The notes beneath the pieces were generated by a model. It did no database searches. It was not told the DNA's origin and saw only the letters and a program-made list of their open reading frames with translations. From the NCBI GenBank assembly GCA_002269645.1, contig NIVC01003978.1, forward strand, positions 1 to 31,026: a stretch of DNA of 31,026 bases, written 5' to 3'. Source of the stretch: Macrostomum lignano. Lineage: Eukaryota. This document shows, one piece after another, positions 22,475 through 31,026 of the stretch; position 1 is the stretch's first letter; every line of letters starts with the position of its first letter. Position numbers and translations under genes: made by a program.

Positions 22475-22552
22475 CTGATAAGGGATGGAGAGAGCAGCTG
22501 AAGGCTGTAAAGTTGGCAAGTCTTTGTTTAAAACCATTATAAATTGTCTTGC

Positions 22553-22650
22553 CTTAAACAAGTCCATGATGCATGCCGTTCGCTTGCGATATTCGGAAAT
22601 TGTGGCGTCTGACCACCAACCGCTGGTCCTCTGCGCTTCGTATGCGTGAC
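22553..22650 (-). CDS. Neprilysin/M13-like gene, exon
   Basis: TTTTTTTCCTGCAG acceptor (phase 1). Encodes (S)HAYEAQRTSGWWSDATISEYRKRTACIMDLFK, matching 'xxYD...WWxxxTxxxFxxRxxC'. Probable AAG|GCAAGA GC donor. Confidence 0.8.
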
Positions 22651-22748
22651 CTGCAGGAAAAAAAAGTTATCAAAAATTTGAGCCAAATAATTCCAGTCTG
22701 GACTCATACGCTTGTTTTCACGACGGAGCTGTCTTCTCTCCGACAAAT

Positions 22749-24207
22749 TCACTGTCATCTCTCTGATCAAGTCACTGTCATCTCTCTGACCAAGTCACTG
22801 TCATCTCTCTGACCTAGTCACCGTCATCTCTCTGACCAAGTCAAAATCATCTCTCTGACCAAGTCACCGTCACTTCTCTGACCAAGTCACCGTCACTTCT
22901 CTGACCAAGTCACCGTCACCTCTCTGACCAAGTCACCGTTACCTTTCTGACCAAGTCACTGTCATCTCTCTGACCAAGTCACTGTCATCTCTCTGATCAA
23001 GTCAACGTCACCTCTCTGACCAAGTCACTGTCATCTCTCTGACCAAGTCAAAGTCATCTCTCTGACCAAGTCACTGTCATCTCTCTGATCAAGTCAACGT
23101 CACCTCTCTGACCAAGTCACTGTCATCTCTCTGACCAAGTCAAAGTCATCTCTCTGACCAAGTCACTGTCATCTCTCTGACCAAGTCAAAGTCATCTCTC
23201 TGACCAAGTCACTGTCATCTCTCTGACCAAGTCACTGTCATCTCTCTGACCAAGTCACCGCGTCATCTCTCTGACCAAGTCACTGTCATCTCTCTGACCA
23301 AGTCACCGCGTCATCTCTCTGACCAAGTCACCGTCATCTCTCTGACCAAGTCACCGTCACTTCTCTGACCAAGTCACCGTCACCTCTCTGACCAAGTCAC
23401 CGTCACCTCTCTGACCAAGTCACCGTCACTTCTCTGACCAAGTCACCGTCATCTCTCTGACCAAGTCACCGTCATCTCTCTGACCAAGTCACCGTCATCT
23501 CTCTGACCAAGTCACTGTCATCTCTCTGACCAAGTCACCGCGTCATCTCTCTGACCAAGTCACTGTCATCTCTCTGACCAAGTCACTGTCATCTCTCTGA
23601 CCAAGTCACCGTCATCTCTCTGACCAAGTCACCGTCACTTCTCTGACCAAGTCACCGTCACCTCTCTGACCAAGTCACCGTCACCTCTCTGACCAAGTCA
23701 CCGTCACCTCAAGTCACCGTCACCTCTCTGACCAAGTCACCGTCACCTCTCTGACCAAGTCACCGTCATCTCTCTGACCAAGTCACCGTCATCTCTCTGA
23801 CCAAGTCACCGTCATCTCTCTGACCAAGTCACCGTCACTTCTCTGACCAAGTCACCGTCATCTCTCTGACCAAGTCACCGTCATCTCTCTGACCAAGTCA
23901 CCGTCATCTCTCTGACCAAGTCACCGCGTCATCTCTCTGACCAAGTCACCGTCACCTCTCTGACCAAGTCACCGTCATCTCTCTGACCAAGTCACCGTCA
24001 TCTCTCTGTCCAAGTCAGCGTCATCTCTCTGACCAAGTCACCGTCATCTCTCTGACCAAGTCACTGTCATCTCTCTGACCAAGTCAAAGTCAAAGTCATC
24101 AATCTAACCAATTCATTGTCATCTCTTTAACCAAGTCATTGTTATCTATCTGACAAAGTCAAAGTCAAAGTCATCTCTCTGACCAAGCCACCGTCATCTC
24201 TCTGACA
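22749..24207. repeat. 23-bp minisatellite (~1.45 kb, roughly 60 units) filling an M13 intron
   Basis: Unit CTGACCAAGTCACCGTCATCTCT with variants (CACT/CACC, CAAA, +CG). Confidence 0.97.
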
Positions 24208-24237
24208 GATTCGCTGTCATCCCTACGCAGCACTCAC

Positions 24238-24529
24238 TTGTAATGTCAAAGGACTGCAAGATTTCATGCGCCATCATGCTGGCAGCCCCGCTGTAGGCCA
24301 GCAGCTGCGGCAGGCCGGCCGACGGGAACAGCGGCACCTGCAGAGCGCCCGCCTGAGCCAGCAGCTCGCGGTCGTAGGCCAGATAACGAAGTCCAGGCTC
24401 CCACAGCTGGCCCCAGTGCTGGAAATCCAGCGGATTGTAGGTCTGGGTGAGCAGCCGGGCCTGGCGAGTCTTCCAGTAGTTGATGCAGCTCACAATCAGG
24501 CTGAAGTAGCTGTGCGTACTCGGATCAAT
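24238..24529 (-). CDS. Neprilysin/M13-like gene, exon with degenerate zinc-binding motif
   Basis: TTTCAG acceptor and GTGAGT donor (phase 0/1). Encodes IDPSTHSYFSLIV...EPGLRYLAYDRELLAQAGALQVPLFPSAGLPQLLAYSGAASMMAHEILQSFDIT, aligning with 'VNAYY...NxIxFPAGILQxPFF...NYGxIGxxIGHEITHGFD'. Confidence 0.88.
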
Positions 24530-24720
24530 CTGAAACGTACAGGAAATCTGCATGGAGTTGCTGATGCTGCTGCTTGGAACAACACTCTTAACAGGGCAGC
24601 ACAGTGGAAAATGCGTCTGACTGGTCTCGCGCCACGACCCCTGGTATGATGACGCGATAAATTGACAAGGGTTGCCGTGCCATTCACGCCCATGAGGGCC
24701 CAGCCCCCAAGGCACAGAAA

Positions 24721-24801
24721 TTGTACATGTACGCTGACGATTAGAAAGCCAGTCAGGACCGCCGTACACCCTGCGTGAGCGTGTGTACCCTATTGGCGCG
24801 C
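24721..24801. repeat. Short dispersed repeat, copy 3 of 3 (more diverged)
   Basis: TGTACATG...ACGATTAGAAAG...GGACCGCCGTACACCCTGCGTGAGCGTGTG. Confidence 0.6.
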
Positions 24802-24899
24802 TTGTAGGTTTTCAGGAGTCAGTGGAACGGGAAGAATTGTCGAAGTGCTGGTTGTGAGACGATATATATTAAATATGTATTGAGCAGTAAGCTACTCAC

Positions 24900-25076
24900 C
24901 TGGCGGAACTCCGCGTCCAAATAACTGTCATCCCAGGCCTCATCTGGGTAGCCGGTTTTCTCCACCATGTCGGCCAGTCGCTGCTTGGCTCGACGCTTCG
25001 TCTCGTTGTCCATCCAGACCAGCCGGTTGATGCTGTCCTTCGCAGCCCGGCGCATCTTCTCGAAAAGAGCACCGGC
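24900..25076 (-). CDS. Neprilysin/M13-like gene, exon
   Basis: TGCAG acceptor and GTGAGT donor, phase 0/0. Encodes AGALFEKMRRAAKDSINRLVWMDNETKRRAKQRLADMVEKTGYPDEAWDDSYLDAEFRQ, with the M13 'WMDxxTKxxAxxK...GYPD' motif. Confidence 0.92.
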
Positions 25077-25424
25077 CTGCATGCGCGAGTCAGGTGTGAC
25101 AGCTCGAAATTAGCGAAACAGGAGTTGCCTAGTTCTCACCTACTGGACTTGGGACAGCTGCACTTTTGTTTGTTTGCCGTGCAGTTATGAATGCCTTTTT
25201 AACCTCACAGTCAGTAAGCCTGTGAAATCATGTCGGATGCTGGTTCAAATAACTTTATTAAACTGGTTTACCGATAGTGACGGTCTCAAACGTCAAGCTT
25301 AAAAATGGAAAAAAAACCTTTCTCTTTAACAATTTTTAGCTAAATTAGGCCTTCATAAATAAAAATTCCTAATACTAAAGCGTTAAATCCTGTTCTTACC
25401 AGTGCTCCTTGGCCTGAGTGCAGT

Positions 25425-25477
25425 CCGTACTTATGTACTCCTGTACTTGTGTACTCCCGAACTTGTGTACTCCCGTA
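25425..25477. repeat. 16-bp minisatellite, left part (interrupted by the retrotransposon)
   Basis: Units of CCCGTACTTGTGTACT that continue at 29799-29855. Confidence 0.85.
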
Positions 25478-25690
25478 TGTTGTGTTCTAGTTGATTGATT
25501 AAATTCAATTCAGTTGGAGACACTTGAGTCTCGCTCAATATATTTATACTCATGTGCACGTTGAAAACAGTGTTACGCAATCGAAACAACGATACCATGA
25601 TTGAACGCACGATGCATATAAGGTAATTGAACAATTCTAGCCTCAAAGTTAGTTAGTTACAACACCTAGGCCTGATGCACAGTCACTACA
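25478..25690 (-). repeat. 3' LTR
   Basis: 213-bp direct repeat of 29586-29798, immediately preceded (on minus) by the PPT. Confidence 0.96.
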
Positions 25691-28600
25691 TTCTCCCCCT
25701 TCCGGAAGAGGATAACGCGCCGGTTGCCGTCGAGCTCGAGTTGACCTTCGAAGTTCAGGTGGAGGTGGCGGCTCGCCCGTCCGTGGGGCGGAGCCGGCGG
25801 CAGCGGCAAATCGAACCAGTCGTCCTCTTGGTCGGCCGCGCCGTTGTCAGCCGGTGGGCTGTTGCACTTAACCAGCCGACTCGCTTGCCACTTTGTACCG
25901 TCGGACAGCACGAAGGTGTTGCGCCCTGCTTTGGAGGCGATCTTTAGCGGTTCCTTCAGTCGGGTCGCCAGCTTGTGCGCTCGGTGCGGCGTCTGTCGCC
26001 AGACCCAGTCTCCGGCCTGGAGCATAGAGTCACGAGCTCGCCTTCGCTTGTTGGTGTAGTCGGCATTCTTGGCTTGCCTCTGTGCGATACTGTCTCGCAG
26101 GTCGCTGTCGTCCCGCTGTTGCACTGGAGTTGGCCTGAGCAGCTGCAGTCCGGACCGCAGCTTGCGCCCGATCATCAGCTCGGCTGGAGTCAGCCCGGTG
26201 AGAGCGTGCTGGCTGGTCCTGTAGGTCTTGAGCACCAGGTCGATAGCGTCCTCGAACTTCGCTCCCGCCCTCAGGTTCGCTGCCAGGCCCTCCTTCAGAC
26301 TCCGGTTGAATCGCTCGACTCCGCCGTTGCCTTGCGGGTAGTACCGGCTCACTCGGCTGTGCTTGATGCCCTCGGCTCGCAGGAACTCTTCGAACTCGTC
26401 GCTGACGAACTGGGGTCCGTTGTCGCTGATCAGCATCTTCGGGACTCCCCACCGGCCGAATAGCTTCCGAAGCGTCTTGATGATGTTGGCAGAGGTGACG
26501 GTTTCCATGGCTGCAATCTCCGGCCACTTGCTGTACAGGTCGTGGATCACCAGTAGAAACCGCTGGTGTCGAGGAGCCGCGGCGACCTCGCCGAAGATGT
26601 CGATCTCGACCTTGTCCCACGGTCCATCTGGCCACTCGATTGGTGTCACGATCGTCTGTTGAGGCTTGCCGGACTTCTCCGCCAGAGTGCAGGCCGTGCA
26701 GTTCTTGACGTAGTCCTCCACCTGCCGGTCAATTCCAGGAAACCAGACCGTGTCGCGGCACCGCTGCTTTGACCGAACGACGCCCGGATGCCCTTCGTGG
26801 GCCTCCTCGATGACTTGAAGTCGCAGGCTCGTCGGGATGATCGCGCGTTCACCACGACCGAGGCACTGACCGTTGTTCCAGCAGAACAGCTCGTCCCGGA
26901 CGTTGAAGTACGGCTTTAGAGAGCTGTCCACCTTCGTTGGCCAGCCGCCCGAGATGTACTGCAAAACCGCCTGCAGCACTTCGTCCTCCTTGGTCGCCGT
27001 TGCCAGTGCGTCTGCCGTCAGCGTTGTCTTCGAGTCGACGACTGCGTAGACGTAGCCCTCCTCGTCGGTCTCCTCGGCTGGAACGCGCTCCGTCGTGGCC
27101 CATCTGGACAGCATGTCCGCGCACTTGTTGTCAGCGCCAGGGATGTGCTCAAACCGAACGTCGTAGCCGCGAAGTCTCTCGACCCATCGATGAATGCGAA
27201 GAGGCCTGTGCCCCATGCCTTTCGAGTCGAGCAGAGTTGTCAGGGCCTTGTGGTCGGTGCGCAGCGTTACTCGTCTGCCGTATAGATAGTAGTGCCAGCG
27301 TTCGATGCTCCATACACAGGCCAGGGCTTCTCGCTCTCCGGCTGAGTATCGCTTTTCCGCTGGGCTGAGTGCTCTCGATGCGAACGCGATTGGCACCTCT
27401 TTTTCGTTTTGTACTTGGCTGAGCACTGCCCCCAGTCCGTCTAGACTTGCATCGCAGGTGACGTACGTCTCAGCTTGGCAGTCAAAATGAGCTAACACTG
27501 GGCTGCTGGTTACGGCTGACTTGAGTGTACGGAAGGCTGTACGTTCCCGCTCACCCCAGTGCCAGTCCGCGTCCTTTTTGAGCAGTTGTCTCAGAGGCTC
27601 GGCAATTGCTGAGTAATGCGGTATGAACTTGTGCAAAAAGTTCACTGCCCGAGAAACGATTGAATTTGCGCGACCGTTGATGGCTCAGGAATTCTTAGAA
27701 TTGCGTCGACGTTGCACTTGGTCGGTTTGATGCCGTCTGCAGAGATGACCAATCCGAAGAAATCCACGCTCGCCTGCCGGAATTTGCACTTCTCTCGATT
27801 GAGTGTGAAGCCTTCGCGATGAATCCGCCCTAGGACTTCTCGGAGGTTCTTGTCGTGCTCAGTCTCGTCCTTGCCGTGCACCAGGATGTCGTCCACGATG
27901 TTGATGGCGCCAGGAGCTCCTCGAAGCACCGTCTGCAGGGCTCGCTGGAAGGCAGCTCCGGAGCTAGATAGCCCGAATGGCACCACGGTGAACTGGTACA
28001 GGCCGGCATCGGTGATGAAGCACGTCAGTCCTCGAGAGTCTGGATGCAGCGGAATCTGCTGGTAGCCTTGACGCAGGTCCAGCTTGCTGAAGCACTTCGA
28101 GCCGTTGATGCTGGCCGATAGGTCCTCGATTGACGGTACCGGATAGCGGTCCGCGATCACCGCCTTGTTGACCTGCCGCAGATCCACGCAGAGACGAACC
28201 TTGTTGGACTCCTTCTTGCGCGTCACGACAACGTTGCTAACCCACTCGGACGCGTCGACCTTCTCAATGATGCCCTGTTGCTCCATCCGGCTGATCTCTG
28301 ACGTCACTTCGTCCTTCAGGCCGATCGGCAGCTTCCGCATTGGCTGAGACACTGGCTTGACCGAGGCGTCGATCTTTGTCCGGTGAATGAAGCTCTTGGA
28401 CCGGCCCAGACCGTCGAAGATTCCGGGGAAGTCGCGCTCGATCGTAGTCTCGCTGATGCTCATCACTCTGTTGTCACCTTGGAAGATTTTGAATCCGAGG
28501 GCCTGAAACAGGTCGCGGCCCAGGATGTTCGCTCCTTTGTCGGCGACGTAGAATGTGGCTTCTGTCCTGATGCCGTTGAACGTCACTGGAAGCTCGACCT

Positions 28601-29584
28601 TGCCGATGGTCTTGATCGCAGATCCGCCGTATGCCTCCAGTTTTGTGCTCGTCGGAAGCAGCGGGTGCCTAGCGAAGGACTTCTTGAACGTCTCCATGTT
28701 GAGCAACGAAACGGCAGCACCGCAGTCGATTTGCAGTCGAATCAGCTGTCCGCCCAGACGGCATTCGCAGAATAAGCTGTCTGTGCTCTTGTTGTTCACG
28801 GCCAGGACCGTCAGACTGGACTCTGCAGGCTCTTTGGTGTCGATCGCAGAGACCGCTTTCATGCGGCACATTTTCGCGAAATGGTTCGTCTTGCCGCATC
28901 GTCTGCATTTCTGGCCCATCGCCTTGCATTCGCCCTGTGTCCGTGGTTGCCTCCGCATCGAGTGCACTTTGGACCTGCTGCTGCGGTCTTCTCATGGCGA
29001 GCAGCTGGCTTCGGCTTCTTGCTCAGCGCCTTCACGTGGAGCTCTGGGCCGCTGACCTGCTTGGCATCTTTGATGGCTGCTTCGATTCGCTCAGCCTTCT
29101 TGATGGCGTCATCTAGCGTCAGATCGTCCTCCTCCATCAGGAGTCTTTCCCTAATGCGAGGTACGCAGGTTTTCTCCACAAGTTGGTCTCGAATCATTTC
29201 GTCGTGAAAGGTGTCAAATTTGCAGTTTGTTGCCAGTTCTCTCAGGGCCATCACGTAGTCTCCGATGCTCTCGCCGTCGTGCTGGGCTCGCTGCCGAAAG
29301 GCGAAGCGCTCTGCTATGACGCTTCTCGACGAGCTGAAAATCGCCTTCAGTGCCTTTTTGGTCTCCTGAAGCGACTTGCTTGCATCGACGTTTGCAGCTC
29401 GGCGGCGTCCTTCCTCACCAAGCAGATGCAGGAGGATCGCCTTTTTCCGACTCTCTGATGCCTCTTCGAGAGCTCCAGCTACCAGGAAGTTCTCAAATGA
29501 CTTGATCCACCTTGCCCATGGCACAGGAGGTTCGCCTGGTACTGGTTGAAACTCCGCTGGGTACGGGAGTCCGCTCGTCGCCAT
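25649..29584 (-). CDS. Gag-Pol polyprotein (~1312 aa after repairing three -1 frameshifts at ~28941-28946, ~27648-27650 and ~25785-25788)
   Basis: Gag MATSGLP...ERFAFRQRAQ..GESI..Y...LRELATNC; two Zn knuckles CTRCGGNH...C and CRRCGKTNHFAKMC; protease LQIDCGAAVSLL; RT 'LDLRQGYQQI', 'PFGL', 'NIVDDIL'; RNase H 'TCDASLDGLGAVL', 'EREALA', 'TDHKAL'; integrase 'AHEGHPG..C..C', 'EIDIFG', 'SDNGPQF', 'NGGVERFN'. The repaired tail ELRRSTRARRQPARY runs on into the LTR, stop at 25651-25649. Confidence 0.92.
25691..25702 (-). promoter_or_regulatory. Polypurine tract GAAGGGGGAGAA
   Basis: Purine run directly abutting the 3' LTR. Confidence 0.9.
29574..29583 (-). promoter_or_regulatory. Primer-binding site TGGCGACGAG (tRNA-Ser(GCU)-type)
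   Basis: Starts 2 nt after the 5' LTR. Complementary to the ...CTCGTCG-CCA 3' end recalled for metazoan tRNA-Ser(GCU). Confidence 0.8.
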
Positions 29585-29585
29585 T

Positions 29586-29798
29586 TGTTGTGTTCTAGTT
29601 GATTGATTAAATTCAATTCAGTTGGAGACACTTGAGTCTCGCTCAATATATTTATACTCATGTGCACGTTGAAAACAGTGTTACGCAATCGAAACAACGA
29701 TACCATGATTGAACGCACGATGCATATAAGGTAATTGAACAATTCTAGCCTCAAAGTTAGTTAGTTACAACACCTAGGCCTGATGCACAGTCACTACA
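29586..29798 (-). repeat. 5' LTR
   Basis: Minus strand TGTAGTGAC...CACAACA, identical by eye to 25478-25690. TATAAATA box at 29649-29656 on the minus strand. Confidence 0.96.
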
Positions 29799-29855
29799 CC
29801 GTACTTGCGTACTCCCGTACTTGTGTACTCCCGTACTTGCGTACTCCCGTACTTG
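29799..29855. repeat. 16-bp minisatellite, right part
   Basis: CCGTACTTGCGTACTCCCGTACTTGTGTACTCCCGTACTTGCGTACTCCCGTACTTG. Confidence 0.85.
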
Positions 29856-29961
29856 CCCGTCTCCGACTGCTCGTTGGCCACATTTTCGCTTCTTTTCATT
29901 GGCTGACACCGACATTCTGTCTGTCATTGCACTTTTTGAATGTGTTCGACAAATTAATTAC

Positions 29962-30214
29962 CCTGGCCTTGGCGCCTGGTTCGAAATTGTTGCGAACGAA
30001 GAGCGCCGACAGAGCCTGGTTCATGCCCCACCGCACGGTCTCCAGGCAGTCAGTCGCTGCGTCGTCACCACCACTGCCGCCGTCGACGCCAATTGTGAGC
30101 CCGTTGCTGGGCCAAACTATTCGTCGGTAGGCGGCAAATCTGAGCCGGTACTCGCCGCTCAGATCCCATTGGAAGAAGGCGATCAGGGTCCAGGTGAGGT
30201 AGTTGTTCATCTTT
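29962..30214 (-). CDS. Neprilysin/M13-like gene, exon
   Basis: GAGCAG acceptor (phase 2) and GTAATT donor (phase 0). Encodes KMNNYLTWTLIAFFQWDLSGEYRLRF...DCLETVRWGMNQALSALFVRNNFEPGAKAR, with the M13 'NYLxW...LS...C...M..A...LFV...F....K' pattern. Confidence 0.88.
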
Positions 30215-30269
30215 CTGCTCGGGGTGCGGCCAATGAAAAAAATTAGTCTCTTCCAAAAGCTCGAAACAC

Positions 30270-30768
30270 CTCGAAACTTCCTAACCTGGAAACTTCCCAA
30301 CCATGGAAACTTCCCAATCTGGAAACTTCCCAACTTTAAAACTTCTCAACCTTGAAGCTTCCCAACCTGGAAACTTCCCAACCTTGAATCTCCCAACCTT
30401 GAATCTCTCAACCTTGAATCTCTCAACCTTGAATCTCCTAACCTTGAATCTCCCAACCGTGAATCTCCTAACCTTGAATCTCCCAACCTTGAATCTCCTA
30501 ACCTTGAATCTCCTAACCTTGAATCTCCCAACCTTGAATCTCCTAACCTTGAATCTCCCAACCGTGAATCTCCTAACCTTGAATCCCCAACCGTGAATCT
30601 CCTAACCTTGAATCTCCCAACCTTGAATCTCCTAACCTTGAATCTCCCAACCGTGAATCTCCTAACCTTGAATCTCCCTACCTGGAAACTTCCCAACCTT
30701 AAAACTTCCCAACCTTAAACTTCCCACCCCGAAACTTCCCAACCTTGAATCTCCCAACCTCGAAACTT
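30270..30768. repeat. 15-bp minisatellite in an M13 intron
   Basis: Units AACCTTGAATCTCC(C/T) flanked by AACCTGGAAACTTCCC variants. Explains the LNLPT/GDSRL repetitive ORFs. Confidence 0.95.
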
Positions 30769-30926
30769 AATTTTAGTCTAAAACGACGTGAATGGCGTCT
30801 AATCAGACTCAATCTGCAGTCTGGTAAATTAAAACTCGAAAACTGCGTTTTCTCAATATCTCTGAGTGCAGACTCAGCGTTTCATTAAACTTTTTAATCG
30901 GCCTTTTCTCAATAGACCAACTTTAC

Positions 30927-31026
30927 CGATTGAAGTCAGTGGGGCTGCCTCTGCGCATGGAGTCCAACAGGTCCCGCAGCTGGTCAACATAATACCAGTC
31001 AGTCACCAGCACCTGGGTGTCGTTTC
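30927..31026 (-). CDS. Neprilysin/M13-like gene, exon (runs off the window edge)
   Basis: Encodes NDTQVLVTDWYYVDQLRDLLDSMRRGSPTDFN(R). GTAAAG donor at 30926, phase 2, matches the phase of the next exon. Fits the M13 'ExVxVxxxxYxxxLxxLL' segment. Confidence 0.8.

Larger units (their letters stand above)
25478..29798 (-). mobile_element. Full-length Ty3/Gypsy (Mag-like) LTR retrotransposon, 4321 bp, in an M13 intron
   Basis: Two 213-bp TG...CA LTRs, 5-bp TSD CCGTA (25473-25477 / 29799-29803), PBS, PPT, and gag-PR-RT-RNaseH-IN domain order. Confidence 0.97.

Noticed and set aside
22749-24207. Possible CRISPR-like array
   Set aside because: Head-to-tail 23-bp units with no unique spacers, in a eukaryotic intron, with no cas genes.
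24266-24649. 127-aa plus-strand ORF
   Set aside because: Antisense shadow of the GC-rich M13 exon 24238-24529.
25431-25646. ORFs 25431-25646 and 29479-29754 with identical N-termini
   Set aside because: Incidental frames within the two identical LTRs.
28859-28967. Programmed gag-pol ribosomal frameshift
   Set aside because: The break falls between the two Gag zinc knuckles rather than after Gag, and two further -1 breaks occur within Pol. Mag-like elements normally have a single ORF.
30303-30696. LNLPT/GDSRL repeat ORFs resembling LRR or ankyrin repeats
   Set aside because: Translations of the 15-bp intronic minisatellite with no splice signals or start context.

Overview
AT-rich eukaryotic (invertebrate animal) genomic DNA. 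GC3-rich spliced exons and minisatellite-filled introns are reminiscent of a Macrostomum-like flatworm, but the organism is an inference. Three host genes are reconstructed. (1) The 3' three exons (+, 1-2227) of a PNP_UDP_1 nucleoside phosphorylase/nucleosidase-domain gene of the 'WQPYA' type. (2) An intronless ~7.3 kb very large inducible GTPase (VLIG/GVIN1-like, +, 11511-18807, ~2432 aa once two single-base frameshifts are repaired) with an N-terminal MACPF-like motif. (3) A convergent multi-exon neprilysin/M13-family gene (-, 20493 to >31026) whose zinc and substrate motifs are degenerate (HEILQ instead of HExxH). A young 4321-bp Ty3/Gypsy (Mag-like) LTR retrotransposon with identical 213-bp LTRs and a CCGTA TSD lies in an M13 intron. 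Between the first two genes are a TA-flanked MITE, an internally deleted Tc1/IS630 transposon with ~210-bp TIRs carrying a nested insert, a 1.35-kb foldback and small hairpin elements. Nearly every long ORF is broken by isolated single-base indels (mostly -1) without nonsense codons, which most likely reflects assembly consensus error rather than biology.
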